From an uncultured Acidimicrobiales bacterium (GTDB lineage: Bacteria; Actinomycetota; Acidimicrobiia; Acidimicrobiales; SHLQ01), in the NCBI GenBank assembly GCA_937922235.1, contig CAKZVC010000009.1, positions 35,096 to 99,095 on the forward strand: a DNA stretch of 64,000 nucleotides, in the 5' to 3' direction. Below the pieces are notes generated by a model. It saw nothing but the letters and a program-made list of their open reading frames with translations. It searched no databases and was not told the origin of the DNA. Each line of letters opens with the position of its first letter. Positions within the stretch are counted from its first letter, which is position 1. Below, piece by piece: positions 43,066-51,476 of the stretch. Position numbers and translations under genes: made by a program.

Positions 43066-44612
43066 TGTCTCGCACCAAGCCGCTCCATATCGTCACCTTC
43101 GTGCTGTTCATCGGCGTGCTCGTGTTCCCGTGGGTCGCCGGGGTATTTGGGGCGTCGTCGGACACGGTCGAGCGCCGTCGGCCGGCGGCGTTTCCCGCGG
43201 TGGGTAGCAGCACGGTTGGTGAGGCCCGCACGTTCGCGCAGATCAATGAGTATGTGCGCGATCGAACTCCGCTTCGCGGGCAGATGACCGGCTGGGTCAA
43301 CGGCGCCTGGTTGCCGTTCGGATTGTCCGGTGATCCAACGGTCGTCGAAGGGCCGGACGACTATTACTTCTTGGCGGAAGACTTCACCGGTCCATGCAAT
43401 CGGGAGTACGAGCTCGACGACATGGTTGATCAGTTCGAGCTGATCGATGCGGCGGCGCAACGTGGAGGCAAGGACTTTCTCTTCCTCGTCGCCTCCGACA
43501 AGGGTGCGGTGTTGGACTATCGCCTCGGAGAACGAGCTCGCCTCGCCGCGCAGTGCAGCCGCGAGGCACGGCCCGAGTTTCGGGCAGCGCTCGACAGCAC
43601 CGGTGTGTCGTTCGATCTGGCGCCGAGCTTGATCGCTGCTGATCGAGCCTTTCCCGATGCAGGGCGCTGGTATTACGAGCACGACTCACACTGGACGTTT
43701 GAGGCGGGTGGAATCGTGGCTGGCGACATCGTCGGGTACTTCGATGACGACCTCTACGATCCGAAGGTCATCCGCAAGATCGAGCGTGCGCTTCCCATCA
43801 ACGGCGATGTGTATCGGCGTATGGGGATTCAGCGATCACTCGATGTTCCCGACAACGTGCGCATCTCGGATCGAGAAGGTGTTTTCACCGATCGCAGCGA
43901 AGAGAACATCGACGGCACTCGCACCGTGCGCACCTACTTGAGCGGTGGTGACGGCGAGACGATCAGTGGAAGCACAGTCATCATCCACGACTCGATGATG
44001 AACTTCGTCGAACGCCAGCTTGCCCCGTACTTCGAAGAGGCCGTGTTCATCCATTGGGACGACCTCGAGCTCGACCGGGCAAAGTTCCTCGACCGGGTGG
44101 CGTTGTCCGACCGGCTGATCATGGTCAGCGTGGAGCGTCAGGTGCATCGAGTCATCGCCGGGCGGATACTCGAAGAGTCGTTCGCCCAGCCATTGATGGA
44201 TGCGCTCGAGATTGCGCCCGATGTCGACCTTAAGAGCGGGCTTATCGAGTCGGCCGGCGCCGTGCGCAACTACACCCGTGACACCGGCACGTTTGTCGAG
44301 AGCTTCGACGACCTGTTCGTCGACCCCGGAGTCGAAGGATGGGCGGGGCCCTATCTAGATGTCGATGTCGCCGGCGTGTGGTATCCGGAGGTCGCGGGCG
44401 ATTGGGGCACGGTCCACGAACCTATGCCGACATCGCCGCTCACCGATTGCGCCGACTACAACAGCGGCGACTGTGCCGTCTGGCTGACGCTCACCGGCGT
44501 GCCCGAAGCGTCGTTCGCTGAGCTCGATGCCGAGCTCGACGGCAGCGACGGTGCAACCGCCGGCCGCGTCCGCTTTGACGACGGCACGCTCTACTTCTAC
44601 TCGCTGGCTTAG
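43065..44612 (+). CDS. AlgX/AlgJ (DHHW) -like O-acyltransferase partner with an extra C-terminal domain
   Basis: 515 aa. N-terminal TM anchor, YYEHDSHWT (D-x-H-W motif) and VIIHDSMMNF. TGATG overlap with the MBOAT gene. Confidence 0.65.
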   Translation: MSRTKPLHIVTFVLFIGVLVFPWVAGVFGASSDTVERRRPAAFPAVGSSTVGEARTFAQINEYVRDRTPLRGQMTGWVNGAWLPFGLSGDPTVVEGPDDYYFLAEDFTGPCNREYELDDMVDQFELIDAAAQRGGKDFLFLVASDKGAVLDYRLGERARLAAQCSREARPEFRAALDSTGVSFDLAPSLIAADRAFPDAGRWYYEHDSHWTFEAGGIVAGDIVGYFDDDLYDPKVIRKIERALPINGDVYRRMGIQRSLDVPDNVRISDREGVFTDRSEENIDGTRTVRTYLSGGDGETISGSTVIIHDSMMNFVERQLAPYFEEAVFIHWDDLELDRAKFLDRVALSDRLIMVSVERQVHRVIAGRILEESFAQPLMDALEIAPDVDLKSGLIESAGAVRNYTRDTGTFVESFDDLFVDPGVEGWAGPYLDVDVAGVWYPEVAGDWGTVHEPMPTSPLTDCADYNSGDCAVWLTLTGVPEASFAELDAELDGSDGATAGRVRFDDGTLYFYSLA

Positions 44613-44669
44613 CTTCTGCAGCCACGACCCCGACCTCGCGGTTGTCGTCTTGCGTCGTACTCTGGCCGC

Positions 44670-45982
44670 ATGCGGACTCAGTTGATGGCGATCATGATGA
44701 CGGCGGCACTCGTAGCAGCGGCGTGTAGCGGAGGGTCGAACTCTGCTTCTCCTCCGACGAGCGTGCCGGCGATCCCAGACGAGCCCGGTGGGGTGGTGGT
44801 CAACGACAAGGGTGTTTCGCTCCGAGTCGGAACGCTCCTTGAGCGTTCAATCGACATCAACGCAGATGGCACGAATACGACAGCGGCCATCGCCGGCATG
44901 AACGAATTCTCTGTCGACCTGTATCGCGCTGTATCGGCAAAAGAATCTGGCAACGTGCTGATCAGTCCCTACAGCGTGACGTTCGCATTGAGCATGATCT
45001 ACGCAGGTGCTGAGGGACAGACGAAGGACGAGATGACTGCCGTGCTTCACGCCGATGGTGTGGCGGATTGGCACGAGGGGATCAACGCATATGACCTGTC
45101 GCTCGACGCACGAACCGCCGGAAGTCCGACGGAGTGGAACTCAGCGAACAAGGTCTGGACGACTCCAGGCCTCGACCTGACGGTGGAGTACCTCGACGTA
45201 CTCACTGGCGACTACGGCTCGCCGCTTGCCGTCGCGGACTTTGGGGCGAATGCCGACGGCGAGCGAAGGATCATCAACGAGTGGATTTCTCAGGAGACGA
45301 ACGAGCTCATCCCGAATTGTTTTCTGCGGGTTCACTCGGTCCAGCGACCGCAATGGTCTTAGTGAACGCGATCGCGCTTGATGCACCCTGGGAGTTCCCT
45401 TTTGATCCCAATCGAACATCGATGGGACCGTTCACCCGTCAAGACGGTTCGTCGGTGGATGTTGACATGATGCACTACGACGAGTTCCTGCCAACCGCAT
45501 TCTCGGGGAGTTATCAAGCAGTGGAGTTGCCGTATGGTGGTGGCGCTTTGTCGATGGTTGTTATCGTGCCGAATGACTTCGATGACTTCGAATCCACACT
45601 CACGGCTGATGTTGTCGACGAGGTGGTGGAGTCGATCTCCGACGGTGGAATTCACCTCAGCATGCCAAAGTGGTCAGCCCGTACCAAGGTGACGCTCAAT
45701 GAGGTTCTCACCGAGCTTGGCATGCCGAGCGCCTTCGGCGGAGGGGCTGACTTCAGCGGTATGACCGGAAGCCCTGGGCTCTTTCTTGACAGAGTCGAAC
45801 ATGAGGCGTTCATCGAGGTCGATGAGGCAGGCACCCGAGCAGCCGCCGCAACCGGAGCAAGCATGGCAATGTCGCACGGTCCAACGATCATTGTTGATCG
45901 CCCGTTCCTCTACGTAATTCGCGACAAGAACGCCGGCACGACACTGTTCATCGGCCGCGTCTTGGACCCAACCGCTGGCTGA
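44670..45982 (+). pseudogene. Serpin (lipoprotein-type signal) split by a 1-nt frameshift
   Basis: Frame 0: MRTQLMAIMMTAALVAAAC..., NVLISPYSVTFALSMIYAGAEGQT and INEWISQETNELIP. Frame -1 from about 45314: ELFSAGSLGPATAMVLVNAIALDAPWEF... with hinge EAGTRAAAATGA and PFLYVIRD. Confidence 0.85.
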
Positions 45983-46021
45983 TTGCTGAAACTTCAAGAT
46001 TTTTCGGCTGAGACGTTGGAA

Positions 46022-46037
46022 TCGAACATATGTTCTA
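46022..46037. promoter_or_regulatory. LexA (Cheo/actinobacterial-type) SOS box
   Basis: TCGAACATATGTTCTA against the consensus TCGAAC-N4-GTTCGA (11 of 12 defined positions). It lies 88 nt upstream of the DUF222-HNH ATG in a low-GC spacer. Confidence 0.6.
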
Positions 46038-46124
46038 GTTAGACTCGCAGTCCCTGCTCGCCCCCCACGAAGAGTTCTCTTCAGGTTTAAGGACCTGACT
46101 GTCACTTTTCGAAAGGGGGAAACC

Positions 46125-47375
46125 ATGAGCATCTTCGAACACGAGGCACCGACACATCCGGCGCTGGCCGAATTTCGAGGCGGGTTCGATGCTGTCGACG
46201 GGGTTCCCCTTTCCACCCTCGAAGTTGACGAACTCAACGAGTTCCTGATCGAGGCGTATCGGGCTCAGCAGCAGATCAAGGGCCTGTTGGCCAAGGTCGT
46301 GCACGAAGCGATCAACCAGCAGTTGGCGAAGCGGCACGGCGAGCATTCGTTGTCGGTGCATATCGCGGGCCAGGTGCACGGCAACAGCAAACGCGTCGCC
46401 AGCGAGTTGGCGTTTGCACGTTGGCTGCACCGTTTCCCCGAACTGCACGCAGCGCTGATCGCTGGTGATGTCACGGTTGCGCATCTCAACGAGCTCCGAC
46501 AGCTCGAGAACAAACACCCCAAAGCGTCGCCGCACATGGAGCGCGCTCAAGACTTCTTTGTCGACGCCGCGGCCAAGCTCCAGTTCCCACAATGGGTCGA
46601 TTCCGTTGGCTATTGGTTCAAGGCGCTCGACCCTGACGGCAAGCTCAACGACCCGAAAGACCCGAAGTACGGCACCGTCGTCACCGAACTCCCGAGCGGC
46701 GATGTCCTTGTGCAGATGCGTATGGACACCATCACCGGCGAAGCGTTCCTCATCGCGGTTGAGCACGAAGAAAAGAAGATCACCGACGCTGAAGCCGACC
46801 TCGAACCCGACGAGAAGCTGTCGCCGAAGCAGCGCACGCAGACGGCGATCATGTTGCTCATCGTCCGGGGGTTCCAGAAAGAGGACGGCACGTTCCCTGA
46901 GCCCCTGGTTCAGCTTGTCATGTCGACGAAAGTCGCTGAAGACCTTCTTGCCCGTGCACTGGGTTGTATCGACCCCGACACAAATGGCCCGATGGACTTC
47001 GATCCGTTCGAGCTCCCAATCAACTACGACGACCTCGACGGCCGTTGCGAGACCATCCGAGGTAAACCCGTCCATCCGATGCACGCGCTGATCCCGCTGC
47101 TGATCTCCAAAATGCGCCGCCTGGTAATTGATGAATACAACCAGGCCACCGAAGAACCCGACCACGTTCCCGAATTCAGATTCTTCAACAAGAAGCAGCG
47201 ACAGGTATTGCTCGCCCTTGCACGCGGCAAGTGCGGAATCGCCGGCTGCAACAACCCATACGCCTGGCTCCAGATGGACCACATCCACCCCCACAGTCGG
47301 GGCGGCCAAACACTCCTGCCCAACGGCAAGCCACTCTGCCAACCCCACAACAAGGCCAAAGGCGACCGCATCTGA
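46125..47375 (+). CDS. DUF222 + HNH endonuclease protein (REP13E12-like family)
   Basis: 416 aa. C-terminal HNH: CGIAGCNNPYAWLQMDHIHPHSRGGQTLLPNGKPLCQPHNKAKG. The N-terminal region is typical of DUF222. GGGGGAAAC SD. Confidence 0.85.
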   Translation: MSIFEHEAPTHPALAEFRGGFDAVDGVPLSTLEVDELNEFLIEAYRAQQQIKGLLAKVVHEAINQQLAKRHGEHSLSVHIAGQVHGNSKRVASELAFARWLHRFPELHAALIAGDVTVAHLNELRQLENKHPKASPHMERAQDFFVDAAAKLQFPQWVDSVGYWFKALDPDGKLNDPKDPKYGTVVTELPSGDVLVQMRMDTITGEAFLIAVEHEEKKITDAEADLEPDEKLSPKQRTQTAIMLLIVRGFQKEDGTFPEPLVQLVMSTKVAEDLLARALGCIDPDTNGPMDFDPFELPINYDDLDGRCETIRGKPVHPMHALIPLLISKMRRLVIDEYNQATEEPDHVPEFRFFNKKQRQVLLALARGKCGIAGCNNPYAWLQMDHIHPHSRGGQTLLPNGKPLCQPHNKAKGDRI

Positions 47376-47381
47376 AAACAA

Positions 47382-47413
47382 GTAGGGCTCCCGCACGAAT
47401 GCGAGAGCCCTAC
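47382..47413. terminator. Bidirectional hairpin between the convergent HNH and EF-G-like genes
   Basis: GTAGGGCTC-c-CGCA-cgaa-TGCG-a-GAGCCCTAC, a 13-bp stem with a CGAA tetraloop. No U-tract. Confidence 0.55.
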
Positions 47414-47423
47414 CGGTTGAGTG

Positions 47424-49430
47424 TTAGCTCGGTGCTGGTCGATACCCAGCTGGTGTCATCGTTGCGCTGGCCCGTCCCTGACTTACCGAACGGATTGCAT
47501 CGGTAAACCCGAAGAGTTCAGCGAGTGGAACGATGGCCTTGCAGATCGACGAACCGTTGCGTTCGGTCAGCTCGCTGACCTCGCCACGACGGCTATTGAT
47601 CGATCCAATGACCGCACCGAGATGGTCTCCCGGTGCTTCGGCTTCAACCATCATGACCGGCTCGAGTAGCACGGTTCCCGCTTGCTCCGTCGCCAGGCGT
47701 AGTGCCTGGCCTCCGGCAATGCGGAAGGACCGCTCGCTCGAGTCGTTCGAGTGGATCGCCCCGTCGGTCAGCGTCATTTTGATGCCGACCAATGGGAAGC
47801 CCTGGGGCCTTGCCGTCAGCGCATCTCGCGCACCGTCGGCAACTGCCTTGGCAAACTCGGCCGGGACTGCGCCACCACTTGTCGTGTTGACGAAGTCGAG
47901 CTCGCCGACGGTGATCGAACCGGTTGGTTCGACGTCGACGACGACCCGGGCAAACATGCCCGGACCACCGGTTTGTTTGTTGAGCTTGTGATCAAGACCA
48001 AACACCGGAGCGGCGATGGTCTCTCGATAGGCCACTTCTGGCTCACCAGTGTTGAGCTCTACGCCATGATCGTCGGCCAAACGGTCGACAACGACTTGGA
48101 GATGAAGCTCGCCCATTCCGGCGATCAGCGTCTGACCAGTTTCGTTGTTCGTCCGCACCGTGAAGGTTGGGTCTTCGTCAGCGACACGACTAAGCGCAAC
48201 GCTGAGCTTCTCCTGATCCTCCGTGGTGGCAGGCTCGACCGCAATGGACATGACCGGCTCGGGAAACTCCATCGACTCGAACTCCACCACTGCGCGTGGA
48301 TCGCACAGCGTCTGTCCGGTGACGGTGTCGCCCAATCCGAAGATCGCAGCGATATCGCCTGCTTCAACCTTGTCGACGTCAGCTGTTCGACCGGCCTTCA
48401 GTCGCACGATTCGACTCGCCCGTACGGACGAGCCGGTCGATGCGTTGAGGACCTTGTCGCCCTTGGCGAGCACGCCGCCATAGACGCGAATCCACGTGAG
48501 CTTGCCGCCTTGGCCGTGCACGACCTTGAAGGCCAACGCCGAGAAGGGTTGGTCTTGTCCGGTCGGTACGTCGTCCATTGAGCTGATGTCATCTGGGCTC
48601 GGCAAGTAGTCGACCACTGCGTTGAGCAATGGTTGGACGCCGATGCCGGCCAACGCCGACCCGCACAACACAGGAACGACCTGACCAGCGATGGTCAGTC
48701 GTCGAAGTGCCGCACGAACGTCGTCGAGCTCAACAACACCACGAACCCAATCTTCGAGGAGCTCCTCGTCGAGCCCTGCCAGGCTGTCGATCAGCCGCTG
48801 GCGAAGCGCGGAGAGTTGTTCCACGTCGTCGGGTGGAGTGTCGAATTGCTCAACGTCTGTCGGGTCGTCGGAGAGCCAACGCCAGACCGTGCCGCTCAGT
48901 ACATCGATGATGCCGACGAAGTCGTCGCCGTCATGGAGAGGAACTTGAAGCTGCATGGGAGTGGCATCGAGGCGATCGGTGATCTCGGCAATACATGCGT
49001 CGAGATCGGCGCCCGGTCGGTCCATCTTGTTGATGAACACGAGCCGTGGAACGCCATGCCGATCGGCCTGTCGCCAAACCGTTTCGCTTTGTGGTTCGAC
49101 CCCGGCCACGGCGTCAAACACCGCAATGGCACCGTCGAGTACGCGTAGCGACCGTTCGACTTCAACAGTGAAGTCGACGTGGCCAGGCGTGTCGATGAGG
49201 TTGATCTGATAGCCGTCCCACTCACAGGTGTGAGCTGCAGCCGTAATGGTGATGCCCCGTTCTTGTTCGGCCTTCAGGTGATCGAGCTCGGCTTGTCCGT
49301 GGTGGACTTCGCCGATGCGATGGATCTGCCCGGTGAGGAACAAGATGCGTTCGGAGCAGGTGGTCTTGCCGGCGTCGACATGAGCCATGACGCCGAGGTT
49401 TCGGGTGTTAGTGCGCGTGTTAGCACGCAT
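47424..49430 (-). CDS. Elongation factor G paralogue (EF-G2-like translational GTPase)
   Basis: RNLGVMAHVDAGKTT, DTPGHVDF, INKMD, and EF-G domains II-V. ATG 49430 (MRANTRTNTRNLG) has an AAAGGA SD. The GTG at 49490 is less likely. Confidence 0.9.
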   Translation of the reverse strand: MRANTRTNTRNLGVMAHVDAGKTTCSERILFLTGQIHRIGEVHHGQAELDHLKAEQERGITITAAAHTCEWDGYQINLIDTPGHVDFTVEVERSLRVLDGAIAVFDAVAGVEPQSETVWRQADRHGVPRLVFINKMDRPGADLDACIAEITDRLDATPMQLQVPLHDGDDFVGIIDVLSGTVWRWLSDDPTDVEQFDTPPDDVEQLSALRQRLIDSLAGLDEELLEDWVRGVVELDDVRAALRRLTIAGQVVPVLCGSALAGIGVQPLLNAVVDYLPSPDDISSMDDVPTGQDQPFSALAFKVVHGQGGKLTWIRVYGGVLAKGDKVLNASTGSSVRASRIVRLKAGRTADVDKVEAGDIAAIFGLGDTVTGQTLCDPRAVVEFESMEFPEPVMSIAVEPATTEDQEKLSVALSRVADEDPTFTVRTNNETGQTLIAGMGELHLQVVVDRLADDHGVELNTGEPEVAYRETIAAPVFGLDHKLNKQTGGPGMFARVVVDVEPTGSITVGELDFVNTTSGGAVPAEFAKAVADGARDALTARPQGFPLVGIKMTLTDGAIHSNDSSERSFRIAGGQALRLATEQAGTVLLEPVMMVEAEAPGDHLGAVIGSINSRRGEVSELTERNGSSICKAIVPLAELFGFTDAIRSVSQGRASATMTPAGYRPAPS

Positions 49431-49530
49431 GAGAATTGTCCTTTCAAAAGCTGTTGATGAGAGCAAAGAGCTCCGCAACCCAAGGTCCACTGACGTAAAG
49501 GACCTCGCATCTAGCTGGGCGCGGAGGCCG

Positions 49531-49596
49531 CTAGGACAGCTTCAGAACCTCGCGAACGAGAGACATGGTGATGGTGTTGCTCAGACGAGTACGCAT
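49531..49596 (-). CDS. Candidate 21-aa leader peptide upstream of the EF-G paralogue
   Basis: AAAGGGA SD 4 nt before the ATG. Translation MRTRLSNTITMSLVREVLKLS. Followed by two hairpins in the 100-nt spacer before the EF-G start. Confidence 0.25.
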   Translation of the reverse strand: MRTRLSNTITMSLVREVLKLS

Positions 49597-49677
49597 GATG
49601 TCCCTTTCGTTTCGACGAGTGACAACGAGAGTCGACGGTACGGGAAGGTGCTCGATCTGGCAAGGGCCGATTTGTAA

Positions 49678-50748
49678 CTACCGAAGAACGGTGGAGATGT
49701 CGATTGGCTTGAGCGTGGGGAACTGGTCGATCGTGGCCGACTCGGGTTCTCGGTCAGGACGCCACCGCACAAAGCGGGTCGTGCCTCGGAAGCGGCCGTC
49801 GGTCGCAAGCACATACTTCACCTCGACCACACGCTCGGGCCGGACCGGGAACCACGACTGGTCGCGGCCGTTCGCTCCGCTCCACCGGTTCGGAGCTCCG
49901 GGCATCGAACCGTCGCTCTTGTGCGCTTCGGGGTTCATCCAGCTGGCCCACGGATGCTCCGACATGTCGTCGAGCACGTACGGCTTCATCTCTTCGACCA
50001 ACTCGACGCGCTTCTTCGCCGTAAACGACGACGACACGCCAACGTGTCGCAGGCCGCCATCTTCGTCGTAAAGGCCGAGCACGAGCGAGCCGATCCCATC
50101 GCCGCTCTTGTGGATCCGATAGCCCGCAACCACACAATCGATTGTGCGGACGTGCTTCAGCTTGAACTGCACTCGCTTGTCCTCGACATAGACACCATCG
50201 AGCGGCTTGGCGATCAACCCATCGAGGCCTGCCCTCTCGAGTGTGTGGAACCACTCCATTGCCTGATCGCGATCGGTCGTCATCGGGGCCAAGTAGACCG
50301 TCTGCTTAAAGTTCGGCCCCAACGCTTCGAGTGCTTTGCGCCGATCTGCGAATGGTGTTTCCATGAACGACTCGTCGCCAAGCGCGAGCAGGTCGAACGC
50401 AATGAACGACACCGGGGTCTTCTCGGCCAGCATGTTGACCCGAGACTCTGCCGGGTGAATGCGCTGCCCGAGCGCATCGAAGTCGAGCTTTCCATCGATC
50501 TCCACGATCAGCTCGCCATCCACCACACACCGATCGGGAAGTGAAGCTCGTAGCGGCTCCATGATCTCGGGGAAGTAGCGGTTGAACGGTTTCTGATTGC
50601 GGCTGCCAAGCACAATCTCGTCACCGTCTTTGAACACGATGCAACGAAACCCATCCCATTTCGGCTCGAGCGCCAACTCGCCGTCGGGCAGCTTCTCAAG
50701 CGCCTTTGCGAGCATTGGTTTGATCGGAGGCATCACCGGCAGATCCAT
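49678..50748 (-). CDS. ligC: ATP-dependent DNA ligase (LigC-type, adenylation + OB domains only)
   Basis: 356 aa. MDLPVMPPIKPMLAK and motif I EPKWDGFR. Size and layout match LigC. Confidence 0.85.
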   Translation of the reverse strand: MDLPVMPPIKPMLAKALEKLPDGELALEPKWDGFRCIVFKDGDEIVLGSRNQKPFNRYFPEIMEPLRASLPDRCVVDGELIVEIDGKLDFDALGQRIHPAESRVNMLAEKTPVSFIAFDLLALGDESFMETPFADRRKALEALGPNFKQTVYLAPMTTDRDQAMEWFHTLERAGLDGLIAKPLDGVYVEDKRVQFKLKHVRTIDCVVAGYRIHKSGDGIGSLVLGLYDEDGGLRHVGVSSSFTAKKRVELVEEMKPYVLDDMSEHPWASWMNPEAHKSDGSMPGAPNRWSGANGRDQSWFPVRPERVVEVKYVLATDGRFRGTTRFVRWRPDREPESATIDQFPTLKPIDISTVLR

Positions 50749-50841
50749 ACGGCAACCCTAGATCTCGCCGCTGGTCGATTGTGACGGTTTTGTCATCGCA
50801 GGTGAGGAAGCTTCGGGGCGTGCGCGTGGTTGGATGACTAC

Positions 50842-51381
50842 ATGACCAAGAACGTTCTCGCCATCGTCGGAAGTCTTCGCGCCGGATCGGTGAATCGGGC
50901 GACCGCTCGGGCTGCCGCAGCGCTTGCGCCGGATGACGTTTCTCTCACGATCTTGCCTATTGCTGACGTGCCGCTCTACAACGGCGACGTCGAAGATCGC
51001 GGTCTGCCGGAGAGCGTCGTTGCTCTTCACGAAGCCGTGAGCTCAGCCGACGGCGTCATCTTCTTCACTCCCGAATACAACAGCTCGCTTCCCGCAGTCA
51101 CCAAGAACATCATCGACTGGCTCAGCCGTCCACCGCACGCACTTCAGGCCACACCGGTCGCCGCCGTCGCCACGACACCAGGCGGCCGTGCCGGAGCCGG
51201 AGTGCTTGGTCACCTCGAACCAATTCTCGATCACATGCAGGGCGTTGTCCGGTTCGATTCGCACGGCATTGGTGGCTACCCCGGCAAGCTTGACGAAGAC
51301 GGCGAGCTTGCCGACCCCGACACCAGGGCTGAGCTCGCCGCATGGCTTGGTCGCTTCGCTGAGTCACTCGACGCCGCGTAG
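50842..51381 (+). CDS. NADPH-dependent FMN reductase family protein
   Basis: MTKNVLAIVGSLRAGSVNR...FFTPEYNSSLPAVTKNIIDW. The TTG at 50830 is a possible alternative start. Confidence 0.85.
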   Translation: MTKNVLAIVGSLRAGSVNRATARAAAALAPDDVSLTILPIADVPLYNGDVEDRGLPESVVALHEAVSSADGVIFFTPEYNSSLPAVTKNIIDWLSRPPHALQATPVAAVATTPGGRAGAGVLGHLEPILDHMQGVVRFDSHGIGGYPGKLDEDGELADPDTRAELAAWLGRFAESLDAA

Positions 51382-51398
51382 TCGACCCCGAATGGCCA

Positions 51399-51430
51399 AC
51401 GCCCCGACCATCCGAAGATGGCCGGGGCGT
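51399..51430. terminator. Bidirectional hairpin between the convergent FMN reductase and large secreted protein genes
   Basis: ACGCCCCG-a-CCATC-cgaa-GATGG-c-CGGGGCGT, a 13-bp stem with a CGAA tetraloop. Confidence 0.55.
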
Positions 51431-51476
51431 CTAGGGGAACCGCCGATTTTGGATTAGGTGCGTGCTGCCAGCGCCA

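Noticed and set aside
45306-45325. Programmed -1 ribosomal frameshift in the serpin.
   Set aside because: There is no X XXY YYZ slippery heptamer and no obvious downstream pseudoknot. The shift coincides with a C homopolymer, which fits an indel.
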